From: an uncultured Alphaproteobacteria bacterium
GTDB taxonomy: Bacteria > Pseudomonadota > Alphaproteobacteria > Bin95
DNA length: 64,000 nt
Assembly: GCA_937891825.1 (NCBI GenBank)
Contig: CALAHN010000067.1
Coordinates: 1,149-65,148, forward strand
Direction: 5' to 3'
Of the stretch, positions 26,117 to 35,800 are shown piece by piece (positions within the stretch are counted from its first letter, which is position 1; each line of letters starts with the position of its first letter). Both the position numbers and the translations under genes were made by a program. Below the pieces are notes generated by a model. It was given only the letters and a program-made list of their open reading frames with translations. It was not told the origin of the DNA and made no database searches.

Positions 26117-27328
26117 ATGCCCGGCCCATTTCACGGCCTGAAAGTCGTCGACCTGACGACTGTCTTTGTCGGCCCCTACTCGACCCAGCTGCTCGCAGAC
26201 ATGGGGGCCGAGGTCGTCAAGGTTGAAGCGCCGGACGGCGACTTGACCCGCCTCACCGGCCCCTCGAGCAATCCCGGGATGGCGGCGAGCTTCCTGCAGT
26301 TGAACAGGAACAAACGCAGCCTTGGGCTCGACCTCAAGACGGAGGGCGGCGCGGCCGTTCTGCGCAAGCTGATCGCCGAGGCCGACGTCTTCGTCCATAA
26401 CATGCGGCCGGAGCCGCTGGCGCGTCTTGGGTTCACCTACAAGGACGTTCAGGCCTTCAATCCCGGCATCGTCTATTGCAACATCTGGGGCTTCGGGGCG
26501 GACGGGCGCTATGCTGGCCGCGCCGCCTTCGACGACATCATCCAGGGCGTTTCCGGCCTGGTGGCGCTTGAAGGCTTCGGCGGCAAGCCGCCGCGCTTCG
26601 TGCCGATGCTGATCGCCGACAAGGTTACCGGCGTCATGGCCGCCTTCGCCATGGCGGGCGCGCTCTATCACAAGCTCAAGACCGGCGAAGGCCAGGAGAT
26701 CGAGACGCCGATGTTCGAGACCATGACCTCCTTCGCCATGATCGAGCATCTGGCGGGCGCCGGGTTCGAGCCGCCGCTTGGACCGCCGGGGTCCGAGCGC
26801 CATGCCAAGCCGATGCGCTTTCCGATTGCGACAAAGGATGGCCTGATGTGCATCCTGGCGAGCAGCGACAAGCACTGGCGCGGCCTGACAAAAGCCGGCG
26901 GCCGCCCGGAACTGGCGGACGACCCGCGCTACAAGGACCGAAGAAGCCGCCTCGCCCGCCGCGAGGAAGTCATCGCGCTGACGACGGAAATGGCGAAGAC
27001 TCGCACGACAAGGGAATGGGTCGACGAACTGGCGGAGGCTGGCGTGCCTTGCATGCACATCAATTCGCTGGAAGAAGTCGTCACGGACCCGCACTTGGCC
27101 GACGTTGGGTTCTTTAAGGAATACGATCACGCGAGCGAGGGGCGCATCCGCTTGATGCGGCCGCCCTATATGCTGTCGAAATCGCCTGCCGAAATCCGCA
27201 CGCTGCCGCCCCGGTTCGGCGAGCACACCGCCGAAGTGTTGGCGGAACTGGGCTATGACGCCAAGACTGTCGCCGCGATGCTCGCCGCCGGCGCGGCGAT
27301 CCAGGAGGAGCGCGACGCCGGCGGCTGA
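26117..27328 (+). CDS. CoA transferase, family III (CaiB/BaiF)
   Basis: LKVVDLTTVFVGPYSTQLLADMGAEVVKVE N-terminal signature. About 400 aa. Confidence 0.8.
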   Translation: MPGPFHGLKVVDLTTVFVGPYSTQLLADMGAEVVKVEAPDGDLTRLTGPSSNPGMAASFLQLNRNKRSLGLDLKTEGGAAVLRKLIAEADVFVHNMRPEPLARLGFTYKDVQAFNPGIVYCNIWGFGADGRYAGRAAFDDIIQGVSGLVALEGFGGKPPRFVPMLIADKVTGVMAAFAMAGALYHKLKTGEGQEIETPMFETMTSFAMIEHLAGAGFEPPLGPPGSERHAKPMRFPIATKDGLMCILASSDKHWRGLTKAGGRPELADDPRYKDRRSRLARREEVIALTTEMAKTRTTREWVDELAEAGVPCMHINSLEEVVTDPHLADVGFFKEYDHASEGRIRLMRPPYMLSKSPAEIRTLPPRFGEHTAEVLAELGYDAKTVAAMLAAGAAIQEERDAGG

Positions 27329-27347
27329 GCTTGGGCGCAGCCCGGGA

Positions 27348-28070
27348 TCAGTACATGTGCTGGCCGCCGTTAATCGACAGCGTAGAGCCTGTCACGAAGG
27401 TTGCGTCGTCGGCGACGAGGAACATGACGCCGCGCGCGATTTCGTCCGCGTGGCCAAGACGGCCGACAGGCACCTTCGCGACGATCTTCTCCAGCACGTT
27501 CGCCGGAACCGCCGCTACCATGTCCGTGTCGATATAGCCGGGCGCGATGGCGTTGACGGTGATGTTGTAGCGAGCGCCCTCTTGGGCGAGGGCCTTCGTG
27601 AAGCCGTGAATGCCGGATTTCGCGGCGGCATAATTGACCTGTCCGTACTGGCCGGCCTGACCGTTAATCGACCCGATATTGACGATGCGCCCAAACTCCC
27701 GCTCGCGCATCGATGGGAATACCGCATGGGCCATGTTGAAACAGGAGCCGAGATTGGTATCGATCACCTTCTGCCAGTTCTCCTTCGACATACGCATAAG
27801 CGTGCCGTCCCGGGTGATGCCGGCATTGTTCACAATGATGTCGACCGGGCCGAGGTCCGCGACGACCTTGTCGACGCCCGCCTGACACGCATCGTAATCG
27901 GCGACGTCCCACTTGTAGGCGGCGATGCCGGTTTCCGCTGTGAACTTCGCGGCTGCTTCGTCATTGCCGGCGTAATTGCCCGCAACCTTGTAACCCCGCG
28001 CATGCAGGGCCTCGCAGATCGCCCGACCGATGCCGCGCGTTCCTCCTGTTACAATCGCTACTCTCGACAT
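27348..28070 (-). CDS. phbB: Acetoacetyl-CoA reductase
   Basis: 240 aa; the N-terminal segment MSRVAIVTGGTRGIGRAICEALHARGYKVAGNY is typical of PhaB. Confidence 0.9.
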   Translation of the reverse strand: MSRVAIVTGGTRGIGRAICEALHARGYKVAGNYAGNDEAAAKFTAETGIAAYKWDVADYDACQAGVDKVVADLGPVDIIVNNAGITRDGTLMRMSKENWQKVIDTNLGSCFNMAHAVFPSMREREFGRIVNIGSINGQAGQYGQVNYAAAKSGIHGFTKALAQEGARYNITVNAIAPGYIDTDMVAAVPANVLEKIVAKVPVGRLGHADEIARGVMFLVADDATFVTGSTLSINGGQHMY

Positions 28071-28223
28071 TGTCGCCTCCCCTGATCAGAATTGCTCTCG
28101 CCCGCGATTTAAGCATCGCGGTCGCTTGTTTATTATTTAGGCAAGAACGCGCTGGCTTTGACCGGCGCGATTTGCCGCGCGGCGGATTGTGCGCTGCAGC
28201 AGACTTGGCAAAGGGATCCGATC

Positions 28224-28835
28224 ATGCCGCTGACCCTGACCGTCTACCTGGACTACAAAAGCCCATATGCCTATCTCGCACTTCAGCCGACGCGCGACAT
28301 GGTAGCTGACCTCGGGGTCGAAATCGATTGGCTCCCGTACTCCTTGAAGATCGAGAATTTTCTGGGCGCGGTGGAGAGCCGGAACCCGCACCAGTGGCGG
28401 CGGGTCAAGTATTCCTACATGGATGCCCGGCGGCTCGCGAACGCGCGGGGCCTGGTCGTGCGCGGCCCGAAGAAACTGTTCGACAGCACGATCGCCCACA
28501 CTGGCATGCTCTTCATGAAAACCGCGCGGCCCGAGGGCCTGGAGCGCTACCACGACCTGATCTTCGAGGGCTTCTTCAAGCGTGAACTCGATATCGAGGT
28601 CTTGAGAGACGTCGAGCGCGCCATCGATGGAGCGGGCGGCGATCCCGTCGCGTTCAACGCATTCCTGACTGGCCCCGGCAGAGCCATGCTGGACAGGACG
28701 CTCCAAGACGCGGAAGATCGGCTTGGCGTCTTTGGCGTGCCAACATACGTCATCGGCGAAGAGATTTTTTGGGGCGGCGACCGCCTGCCCCAAGTGCGCG
28801 CCGCCCTGGAAGCGGCATTGGCGGCGTCCGCTTGA
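28224..28835 (+). CDS. 2-hydroxychromene-2-carboxylate isomerase family protein (DsbA-like thioredoxin fold)
   Basis: N-terminal LTVYLDYKSPYAYLA is characteristic of the HCCA isomerase/DsbA-like family. SD aaggga precedes ATG 28224. Confidence 0.7.
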   Translation: MPLTLTVYLDYKSPYAYLALQPTRDMVADLGVEIDWLPYSLKIENFLGAVESRNPHQWRRVKYSYMDARRLANARGLVVRGPKKLFDSTIAHTGMLFMKTARPEGLERYHDLIFEGFFKRELDIEVLRDVERAIDGAGGDPVAFNAFLTGPGRAMLDRTLQDAEDRLGVFGVPTYVIGEEIFWGGDRLPQVRAALEAALAASA

Positions 28836-28873
28836 TTGCAAGCGGCCTATGCGGCCTTATGAAGGAGAACGTC

Positions 28874-30265
28874 ATGGACGGCATCGCGAATTCACCGGCG
28901 GCCCGAGACAAAGCATTTCTCGTGCATCCAATGACCAATCTGAAGAAGCATCTGGATATCGGCCCGACGATCATTTCCCGGGGCAAGGGCGTGCGCGTCT
29001 ATGACGATGCTGGCCGGGAATACATCGAGGGCATGGCCGGCCTCTGGTGCACGTCGCTTGGCTATGGCGAGGAGCGGCTGGTGCAAGCAGCGGCCAATCA
29101 GATGCGCAAGCTGCCCTACGTCCAGCAATTCCGCCATATGAGCCACGATCCCGGCATCGATCTCGCCGAAAAACTGATCGGCATCGCGCCTGAGGGCATC
29201 ACCAAGGCGTTCTTCGTCAATTCCGGGTCGGAAGCCAACGACACCATCGTGAAGTTCGTGCGCTTCTATCACAACGCCATCGGCAAGCCCGCGAAGAAGA
29301 AGATCATCGCCCGCCAGAAAGGCTATCACGGCACGACCCTGGTCGCCGCCAGCCTCTCCGGCCTGCCGCACATGCATGCGGCGTTCGATCTGCCAATCGC
29401 GGACGTCATGCACACCGACTGCCCCCATTACTACCGCTTCGGCAAGGACGGCGAAAGCGAAGAAGCTTTCGCGACCCGCCTCGCCGAAAGCCTGGAAGCC
29501 ATGATCCTGGCTGAAGGTCCAGAAACCGTCGCGGCCTTCTTCGCGGAGCCGGTGATGGGCGCCGGCGGCGTCATCACGCCGCCCAAGACCTATTTCGCCA
29601 AGGTCCAGAAGATCCTGAAGAAGTACGACATTCTTTTCGTCGCCGATGAAGTCATCTGCGGCTTCGCTCGGACCGGCCAGATGTTCGGCAGCCAGACCTA
29701 CGACCTGAAGCCCGATTTCATGACCGTGGCGAAAGCCCTTTCCTCAGCCTATCTCCCGATCGCCGGCGTGCTGATGCGCGAAGAAATCTTCCAGACCATC
29801 GCTAATCATGCGGGCGAGTTGGGCATCCTCGGCCATGGCTACACCTATTCCGGCCACCCGGTCGCCAGCGCCGTCGCCCTCGAAACTCTGAAGATCTATG
29901 AGGAAATCGACATCGTCGCCCGGGTCCAGGCGACATCGAAGACGTTCATGGCGGAGCTGAACAGCTTCCGCGACCATCCATTGGTCGGCGAATGCCGGGG
30001 CGTCGGCCTGGTCGGCGCGATCGAACTGGTCACGGACAAGGCTGCGAAGACGCCTGTCGATGCCAAAGGCCCCGTGCCCGATTTCATCTATGAGCGTATC
30101 ATGGCTTCGGGACTGATCACGCGGCCCATTGGGAATTCGATCGCCTTCTGTCCGCCGCTGATCATCACGCCGGAAGACGTGCAGACCATGTTTTCGCGCT
30201 TCCGGACGGCGCTTGATGAAACCCTCGACTACATGACCCGCGAAGGCATGCTGAAAGCGGCTTGA
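28874..30265 (+). CDS. Class III (omega/aspartate-family) PLP-dependent aminotransferase
   Basis: AT-III motifs (…NSGSEANDT…, DEVICGFARTG, PLP-Lys region TVAKALSS). SD aaggag precedes ATG 28874. Confidence 0.8.
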   Translation: MDGIANSPAARDKAFLVHPMTNLKKHLDIGPTIISRGKGVRVYDDAGREYIEGMAGLWCTSLGYGEERLVQAAANQMRKLPYVQQFRHMSHDPGIDLAEKLIGIAPEGITKAFFVNSGSEANDTIVKFVRFYHNAIGKPAKKKIIARQKGYHGTTLVAASLSGLPHMHAAFDLPIADVMHTDCPHYYRFGKDGESEEAFATRLAESLEAMILAEGPETVAAFFAEPVMGAGGVITPPKTYFAKVQKILKKYDILFVADEVICGFARTGQMFGSQTYDLKPDFMTVAKALSSAYLPIAGVLMREEIFQTIANHAGELGILGHGYTYSGHPVASAVALETLKIYEEIDIVARVQATSKTFMAELNSFRDHPLVGECRGVGLVGAIELVTDKAAKTPVDAKGPVPDFIYERIMASGLITRPIGNSIAFCPPLIITPEDVQTMFSRFRTALDETLDYMTREGMLKAA

Positions 30266-30401
30266 GCGGTCCGCGAAAGCTCTACGCCTCTTGGATTGAA
30301 CGGAATTTAGTGACCGTTTAACTTTCGCCCCTCATGATCGTTCCTCAAGCGTATCAGGCCGTCGCCCTTTGGCGGCCGCTGCGTCGGAGACAGGCAGGTC
30401 G

Positions 30402-31016
30402 ATGGGCATTCGAAGCGGCATTCTGGCGGTCATGACGGGGATCGCAATCCTGGCGACGGCCTCGGCTGCGCTGGCGGATGGCGCCTATATCGGCCGTGGC
30501 GGCGCCAACCTGATGGGCGCGCCTCAGGCTGGCGACCGCCATGACTTGAACGACCGCAGCCGCATTGGCGCATTCGGCGCATTCGGGTATCGTTGGCGCG
30601 AAGGCGTCGGCGCGGAAGTCGAAGGCGGCCTTCGGGCGCGATCGGTCGATGGCGCGAGCGATGCCGATACGGGCCGCGGCGCGGCCCAGCGCACGACGAC
30701 CTTCATGCTAAACGCTCGCCTGACGCCAGAAACCGGCGGACGCCTGCAGCCCTATGCCGGCGTCGGCGCGGGCCTGGCAATAGTTAATACCGAAGACTAC
30801 AGCTTGCGCGCCGATCACGGGTCGCTCGCGACCGCCGGACAAGCCATGGCAGGGTTCGCCCTTGACGTATCGCCCCGGACCAAGGTCTTCGCGGAATACC
30901 GCTATTTTCAGTTCCTTGAAGAACCGCAATCTGCGGCCCGCGCCGGCGGAAGTTCCGCCAGCCATTCCGCCATGCTTGGACTACGGGTCGCCCTCGGCGG
31001 CAGCTTGCGCGAATAG
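30402..31016 (+). CDS. Outer-membrane beta-barrel protein (OmpA-like/porin family 8-strand barrel)
   Basis: Signal peptide. Alternating amphipathic beta-strand pattern. C-terminal aromatic residues (…AEYRYFQF…). Confidence 0.55.
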   Translation: MGIRSGILAVMTGIAILATASAALADGAYIGRGGANLMGAPQAGDRHDLNDRSRIGAFGAFGYRWREGVGAEVEGGLRARSVDGASDADTGRGAAQRTTTFMLNARLTPETGGRLQPYAGVGAGLAIVNTEDYSLRADHGSLATAGQAMAGFALDVSPRTKVFAEYRYFQFLEEPQSAARAGGSSASHSAMLGLRVALGGSLRE

Positions 31017-31051
31017 CGGTAAACGCGCCCGCCTGAAGCTGCAGCTCGCGA

Positions 31052-32017
31052 TCACTGTTTGACGAGTTCAGCCGCTTCCGCTGGAACATCAGTCGCGCCG
31101 TCGCATTCCCAATAGGGCACGGGCCGGAACTTTTCCACGAGAAAATCGACAAACGCGCGCACTTTCGCGGAAAGATGCCGCGCATGGGGGTAAATCGCGT
31201 GAATCGCAGTTTCCTCGGAACTCAGGTCCGCTTCATGGCCCGGAAGCAACCGGATGAGGGCTCCGGTCCGGACATCCTTGCCGACCGTCCATGTCGGCAG
31301 CAAAGCAATGCCCAGTCCGTCGCGCGCGGCCGAATGCAGAGCTTCCGCATTGTTCGCCGTCAGCGGCCCGCTGACCTTGATGCGCGTCACGTCCCCTTCG
31401 CTGTTGCGGATATGCCATTCGGCCATGCTAACGTTCAGCTTGTAAATCAGGCAACGATGGTCGGCCAGCGCCGCCGGCGTTTCCGGCGCGCCATGGCGCT
31501 GAATGTAGGACGGCGCCGCGACGAGCACCCGCTGGTTTCGGGCGAGGCGCCGGGCGATCAAGCTGCTGTCATTCAAGCCGCCGACCCGGACGACGACATC
31601 CGCGCCCGACTCGATGACGTCGACAAAATGGTCCGTCAGGACAAGGTCGATCGACACATCGGGATAGCGGTCGCAAAAATCCATCAGATGGGGCGCGATG
31701 TGGCGGCGGCCGAAGACGACCGGCGCATTCACCCGCAAGAGGCCGCGCGGCGAGGCTTCCAACTGACTGACGGCGGCATTGGTCTCATGCACCTCGCTCA
31801 GGATGCGGCGCACGCGCTCATAGTAGATTTCGCCAGCATGGGTCAAACTCAGACTGCGCGTCGACCGGTTCAGCAATCGAGCTTTCAACGCATCCTCAAG
31901 GCCGTTCACTTGGCGCGAAACCGATGAGGCCGCCAGCCCGAGCCGTCGGCCCGCTTCCGAGAAAGATCCTGCATCAACCACTTCGGCAAACAGCCGCATG
32001 CCTGTCAGGGTATCCAT
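31052..32017 (-). CDS. LysR family transcriptional regulator
   Basis: N-terminal wHTH (MRLFAEVVDAGSFSEAGRRLGLAASSVSRQV) plus a LysR substrate-binding domain. Confidence 0.85.
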   Translation of the reverse strand: MDTLTGMRLFAEVVDAGSFSEAGRRLGLAASSVSRQVNGLEDALKARLLNRSTRSLSLTHAGEIYYERVRRILSEVHETNAAVSQLEASPRGLLRVNAPVVFGRRHIAPHLMDFCDRYPDVSIDLVLTDHFVDVIESGADVVVRVGGLNDSSLIARRLARNQRVLVAAPSYIQRHGAPETPAALADHRCLIYKLNVSMAEWHIRNSEGDVTRIKVSGPLTANNAEALHSAARDGLGIALLPTWTVGKDVRTGALIRLLPGHEADLSSEETAIHAIYPHARHLSAKVRAFVDFLVEKFRPVPYWECDGATDVPAEAAELVKQ

Positions 32018-32044
32018 TGGCCTGATCCATCTTTGCGTGAATGG

Positions 32045-32058
32045 GCGTAATTATACGC
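32045..32058 (-). promoter_or_regulatory. Candidate LysR-type dyad (GCGTA-N4-TACGC) with three ATACGC direct repeats (32053, 32070, 32082) in the lysR leader
   Basis: Interrupted dyad in an AT-rich stretch between the bcsD stop and the lysR start. Confidence 0.3.
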
Positions 32059-32125
32059 GAAGTTTGAAAATACGCTACAGAATACGCAATACTAACGCAC
32101 CGAGCATCCGAGCGTCCGCGGCCTG

Positions 32126-32635
32126 CTAGAATGGAAGAAGCGGCGGGCCATGGCGTCCGAAGCGCAGGAGGATGACATCGCCGATGGATTCTGGCCGCGC
32201 CGTCGCGACTGCGGTCAAACTGTCGTCCTGGGCCAGTCGGGCAAGCCACTCGGAATACAGGCCTTCAAGGACGGCCGCGAACCATCCGCCAGCGGGATCC
32301 TCCGGCGCGGGCGCGTAGGGATAGGCCCCGTGCACGATATCGATGCCAGGCCCTCGGGCTGCGAGACGCGCCCAGCCCCAGTTCAACTGGCCCAGGGCGG
32401 CCGCGACTGTCGCTTCCAATTCCGTCAGCGTCGAGCAGGGCGCAAGCGGGCGCCGGCGCGCGACGGCGATGCCGGTGCGCTGCATCAGCGCCCAGGCGCG
32501 GCTTTCGCCGACATCCTCCACCAGGGCCGGCGCCAGTTCGGCCAGCCAGTCACGCCATTGCGGCGCGACGTTGGCTTCCAGCAGATAGCGGAGATTGCGT
32601 TGCATCCCGCTCGGCGGTGCATTTGGCGCCGACAT
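32126..32635 (-). CDS. bcsD: Cellulose synthase subunit D (BcsD/AcsD)
   Basis: The segment …GGWFAAVLEGLYSEWLARLAQ… aligns with the conserved PVLEGLYGRWV region of Komagataeibacter AcsD (recalled from memory). Size is about 160 aa. Located immediately downstream of bcsC. Confidence 0.7.
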   Translation of the reverse strand: MSAPNAPPSGMQRNLRYLLEANVAPQWRDWLAELAPALVEDVGESRAWALMQRTGIAVARRRPLAPCSTLTELEATVAAALGQLNWGWARLAARGPGIDIVHGAYPYAPAPEDPAGGWFAAVLEGLYSEWLARLAQDDSLTAVATARPESIGDVILLRFGRHGPPLLPF

Positions 32636-32683
32636 GAGGCTTCCACCTTGACGTTCGCCCCCTGATCGGGCGGCGGCCGTATA

Positions 32684-32726
32684 ACAGAAAAGCGGCGCTC
32701 GCCTGGGCCGGCGGGCGCCGCTTTGA
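32684..32726 (-). terminator. Intrinsic-terminator-like hairpin between bcsC and bcsD
   Basis: On the minus strand: AAAGCGGCGC-(16 nt loop)-GCGCCGCTTTT, followed by CTGTT. 10-bp GC-rich stem with T-run. Confidence 0.45.
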
Positions 32727-32814
32727 TGATTACGCCATCTCTGCAGAAATCAGAAGCGGCCGCGCGTGCTCTAGTCGTTCGCAATCATTCAATACGCCCG
32801 CGGACGCAGTCGAT

Positions 32815-35800
32815 CTAGCGTTCGTCCGCCGGGTTCTTGCCAAGCGACTGACGCAGATAGAGGAACGCCGTTCCTTCAAACCAGTCGGCCGCTGCGTCCA
32901 GCCTTGCGCCGGCGCCGACGGTCGTGCGGTCGGCCACGGCATATTCCATCCGGCCATAACCGTTGAAGCCAAGCGACGTCTGTTCCTCGCTGTCATAGGC
33001 CAGGATCGCCGATCCGCCGAGAGAGCCTGCCGTATTCTTCGCGTTCAACAGATTGGTCAACTGCGCGCTGCCGGGGAAGACCTGCGCGCCATCTTCCTCG
33101 AACCGTTGAATGCCGATTGCGCCGCCTACCTGGAAGGTCAAAGGCCCTTCCTGACGAGTGTATTCGATCGGCGCCGAGATCGATGCATAGGACTGCGGGC
33201 TGAAATAGCCGCCATGAGTCGAGGAGAAATGACGCAGGTTCTGATCGTAGCCGAAGAATGTCAAGTTGCCGCCGATCTTCAGCTCCTCATCCGGTCGATC
33301 GATGACGCGGACATAGGCCCCGATGGTCGCTTCGGCCATTTCGTTGTCCTGAACGTTCCGGCCTTCGAGGAAGTAATAACCGCCCGACACATAGGCGCCG
33401 TAATCGCCGACATCGAAAGAGCCGCCGATCGTGCCGCCACGGCGGACGACGCCGCCCAGGATCGCCCCAGAGTTCGGGTCTTCCAGACCGGCATAGGACA
33501 GGACGCTGTCTGTGACGGCGCGCTGCTGCAGTGTGAATTGCAGCTCAACTTCCTTATTCAGCTTCGGCGCAAAGGTAATGCCGCCGACCGGATTGATTTC
33601 TTCAAAGCCAAGCGGCGTTACGCCGATATCGCCTTTGATGACGCCGCCATCGAACGCAAGATTCAGGCCGACGCCAGAGTCCTGGATCGTGCCCGGATTG
33701 GGAACCGCGCCGGTATTCGCGACAGCATTGGTCCCGAACCGGCGGAGATTGGCTTCATTGCCCTCCAGGCTGCCTGCCGTGATGTATGTCGGCGTCGCCG
33801 ACAAGGTGATCGATCCGATTTCCTGAGGCACGAATGTGTAGGACACAGGCGTTTGGATTTCCGTCAGTCGGTCGAGGCCGCCGTCGCCGTCCCGCGCCCG
33901 AACCGCAACGCCGCCCTGAACGAAGTGCCCGCGATTGGCGTTCATCGATTGCAGGCGCGCGTCGATCTGCTCGGTCAAGGTCGGCTCGGCATACTGATTG
34001 CGCTCGGCCGGATTGATGAAGGCCGGCAGATAGACGTCAGAGGCGCTGGGCTGGTAGGCCCGGCCCGGCTCGGGCGGGCGCGGCACAAAGACCGGGTTAT
34101 TGGTGCCGGCATTGTTGTAGGGCGAGTTCGGCGCGCCGGTATAGGTTTGCGCCAGAAGGGTATCGCCGCGCGGATCGCCGGCGAGTGTGCGGCCGCCGTC
34201 GCCGCCTTGCAGGAACTCGTCGCCAAGGGACGACCGCTCGAACGGGTTTCGGCCATCGGCCGGCTTCATGCCGCCCGCGGAACCGTCCGTCGGGACAGGC
34301 ATCGGCGGCACATATGAGCCCGCCGGCATGCCGACCCGCGTGAAGGGGTTCGGCGGCAATGTGCCTTCGATCGGGCTGCCGGCCGCCATGGACGCCCGCA
34401 GTTCGTCTTCCCGGAGCTTCTTCGCCGTCAGGTAGGCATTGCGCGCGGTCGTGCGGTCGCCTTTCGCTGACGCCGCCTCGCCGAGCAGGAAATAAATGTG
34501 CGGATCCGTCGGATGCGCCTTGATCGCCTGATCCAGCAGCAGGGACGCCGTTTGCAGGTCGTTCGCCTGGATCGCGGAGCCGATCGCGCCGCGGATGGCG
34601 CCAAGGTCCGTCGGGCGGACTTCAAGGACCTGGGCGTAAATCGTTTGCGCCTGACTATTGTAGCCAGCGGATGTGTACACTCTCGCCAATGCGCTGAGGA
34701 GATCGGCATCGCGAGGATTGGCCGCCAGGTGCGGGTAGAGGAGATCATAGGCATCGGCATAAGCGCCGCGTTCACGGGCGCGGTCCGCCTGACGGACGAC
34801 CAGGGATCGCTGGACGCCGGCGATGTTCGACTGTTGCGCCGGGGTCAAACCGCCCCGCTGCAACGCTTGCATGATGATCGCGTTCGCTTCGGCTTCCTGC
34901 CCGGCCGACACAAGCGCGCCAGCGTACAGGATCTGGGAATCGACGTCCTGCAGACCGCCGGTCTCGGCGATCTGCCGGCGCACCATGCGGAGCGCGCGGT
35001 GGGGCGCGCCTGCTTCTGCCAGAGCGGCCGCAATCTGGCCCTGCCGGCCAGGCGTATTCGCTCGGGTCGCCAATTGATTGAGGGCAGCAATCGCCTGTTG
35101 GCGGGCGCCGCTTTCCGCTAGCGCTTTGGCCCGCGCGACTTCGGCCGAGAAGGTCACGCGATCAACCATCGCCCGGACGTCCGCTGTCTGTTGTTCGCCC
35201 GGAATCCGGCGGGCGACGGCGACGGCTTCCCGCTGCATGCCCTGCTCGTCATAGAAGACGGCCGCGGCTTGCAGCATGTCCAAGGTCGCGCCCGGCGCAT
35301 TCGCCATCGGCTCGATCAGGCCGGTCGCCTGGGAAAGGTCGCCATGCGCCGCCAAAAGGCGCGCCATATCGAGCCTGACCCACGGATTGTTGGGGTCGAG
35401 CGTCAAGGCTTGCTGAAGGCGGCTGAAAGCTTCTTGGTCCTGCCCGGCGCTGGCGGCGCGCTCTGCATCGTCGCGAAGCGCAGACGCGCGTAGGCCGGAG
35501 ATGTCACCGACCTGAGCTTGCGCCTGGCCGCTCATCTGCTGGCTGAAGGCCGCTGCTTCATCGAGCCGGTTCTGGCCCAACAGAGCATTGAACAGGCCAA
35601 GTTCAGCACCTGTATTGCCAGGCGCCTGCGCCAGAGCTTGCCGGAAGGCCTGCTCCGCCTCGGCGAACCGGCCCTGCCCGATCAGGGCGTCACCCAGCAA
35701 TTGCTGGACAAGCGCCGCATCCTGGCCGCCCTTGCCTTCCAGGGCGCGCGCCAGGGCTTCCGCCCGGCCGAAGTCGCCTGCCTGCCGGGCGGCATCCGCC

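Noticed and set aside
31016-31052. AGCTGCAGCT palindrome between the convergent OMP and lysR genes as a bidirectional terminator.
   Set aside because: The stem is only about 5 bp with no flanking T-runs. Too weak to call.
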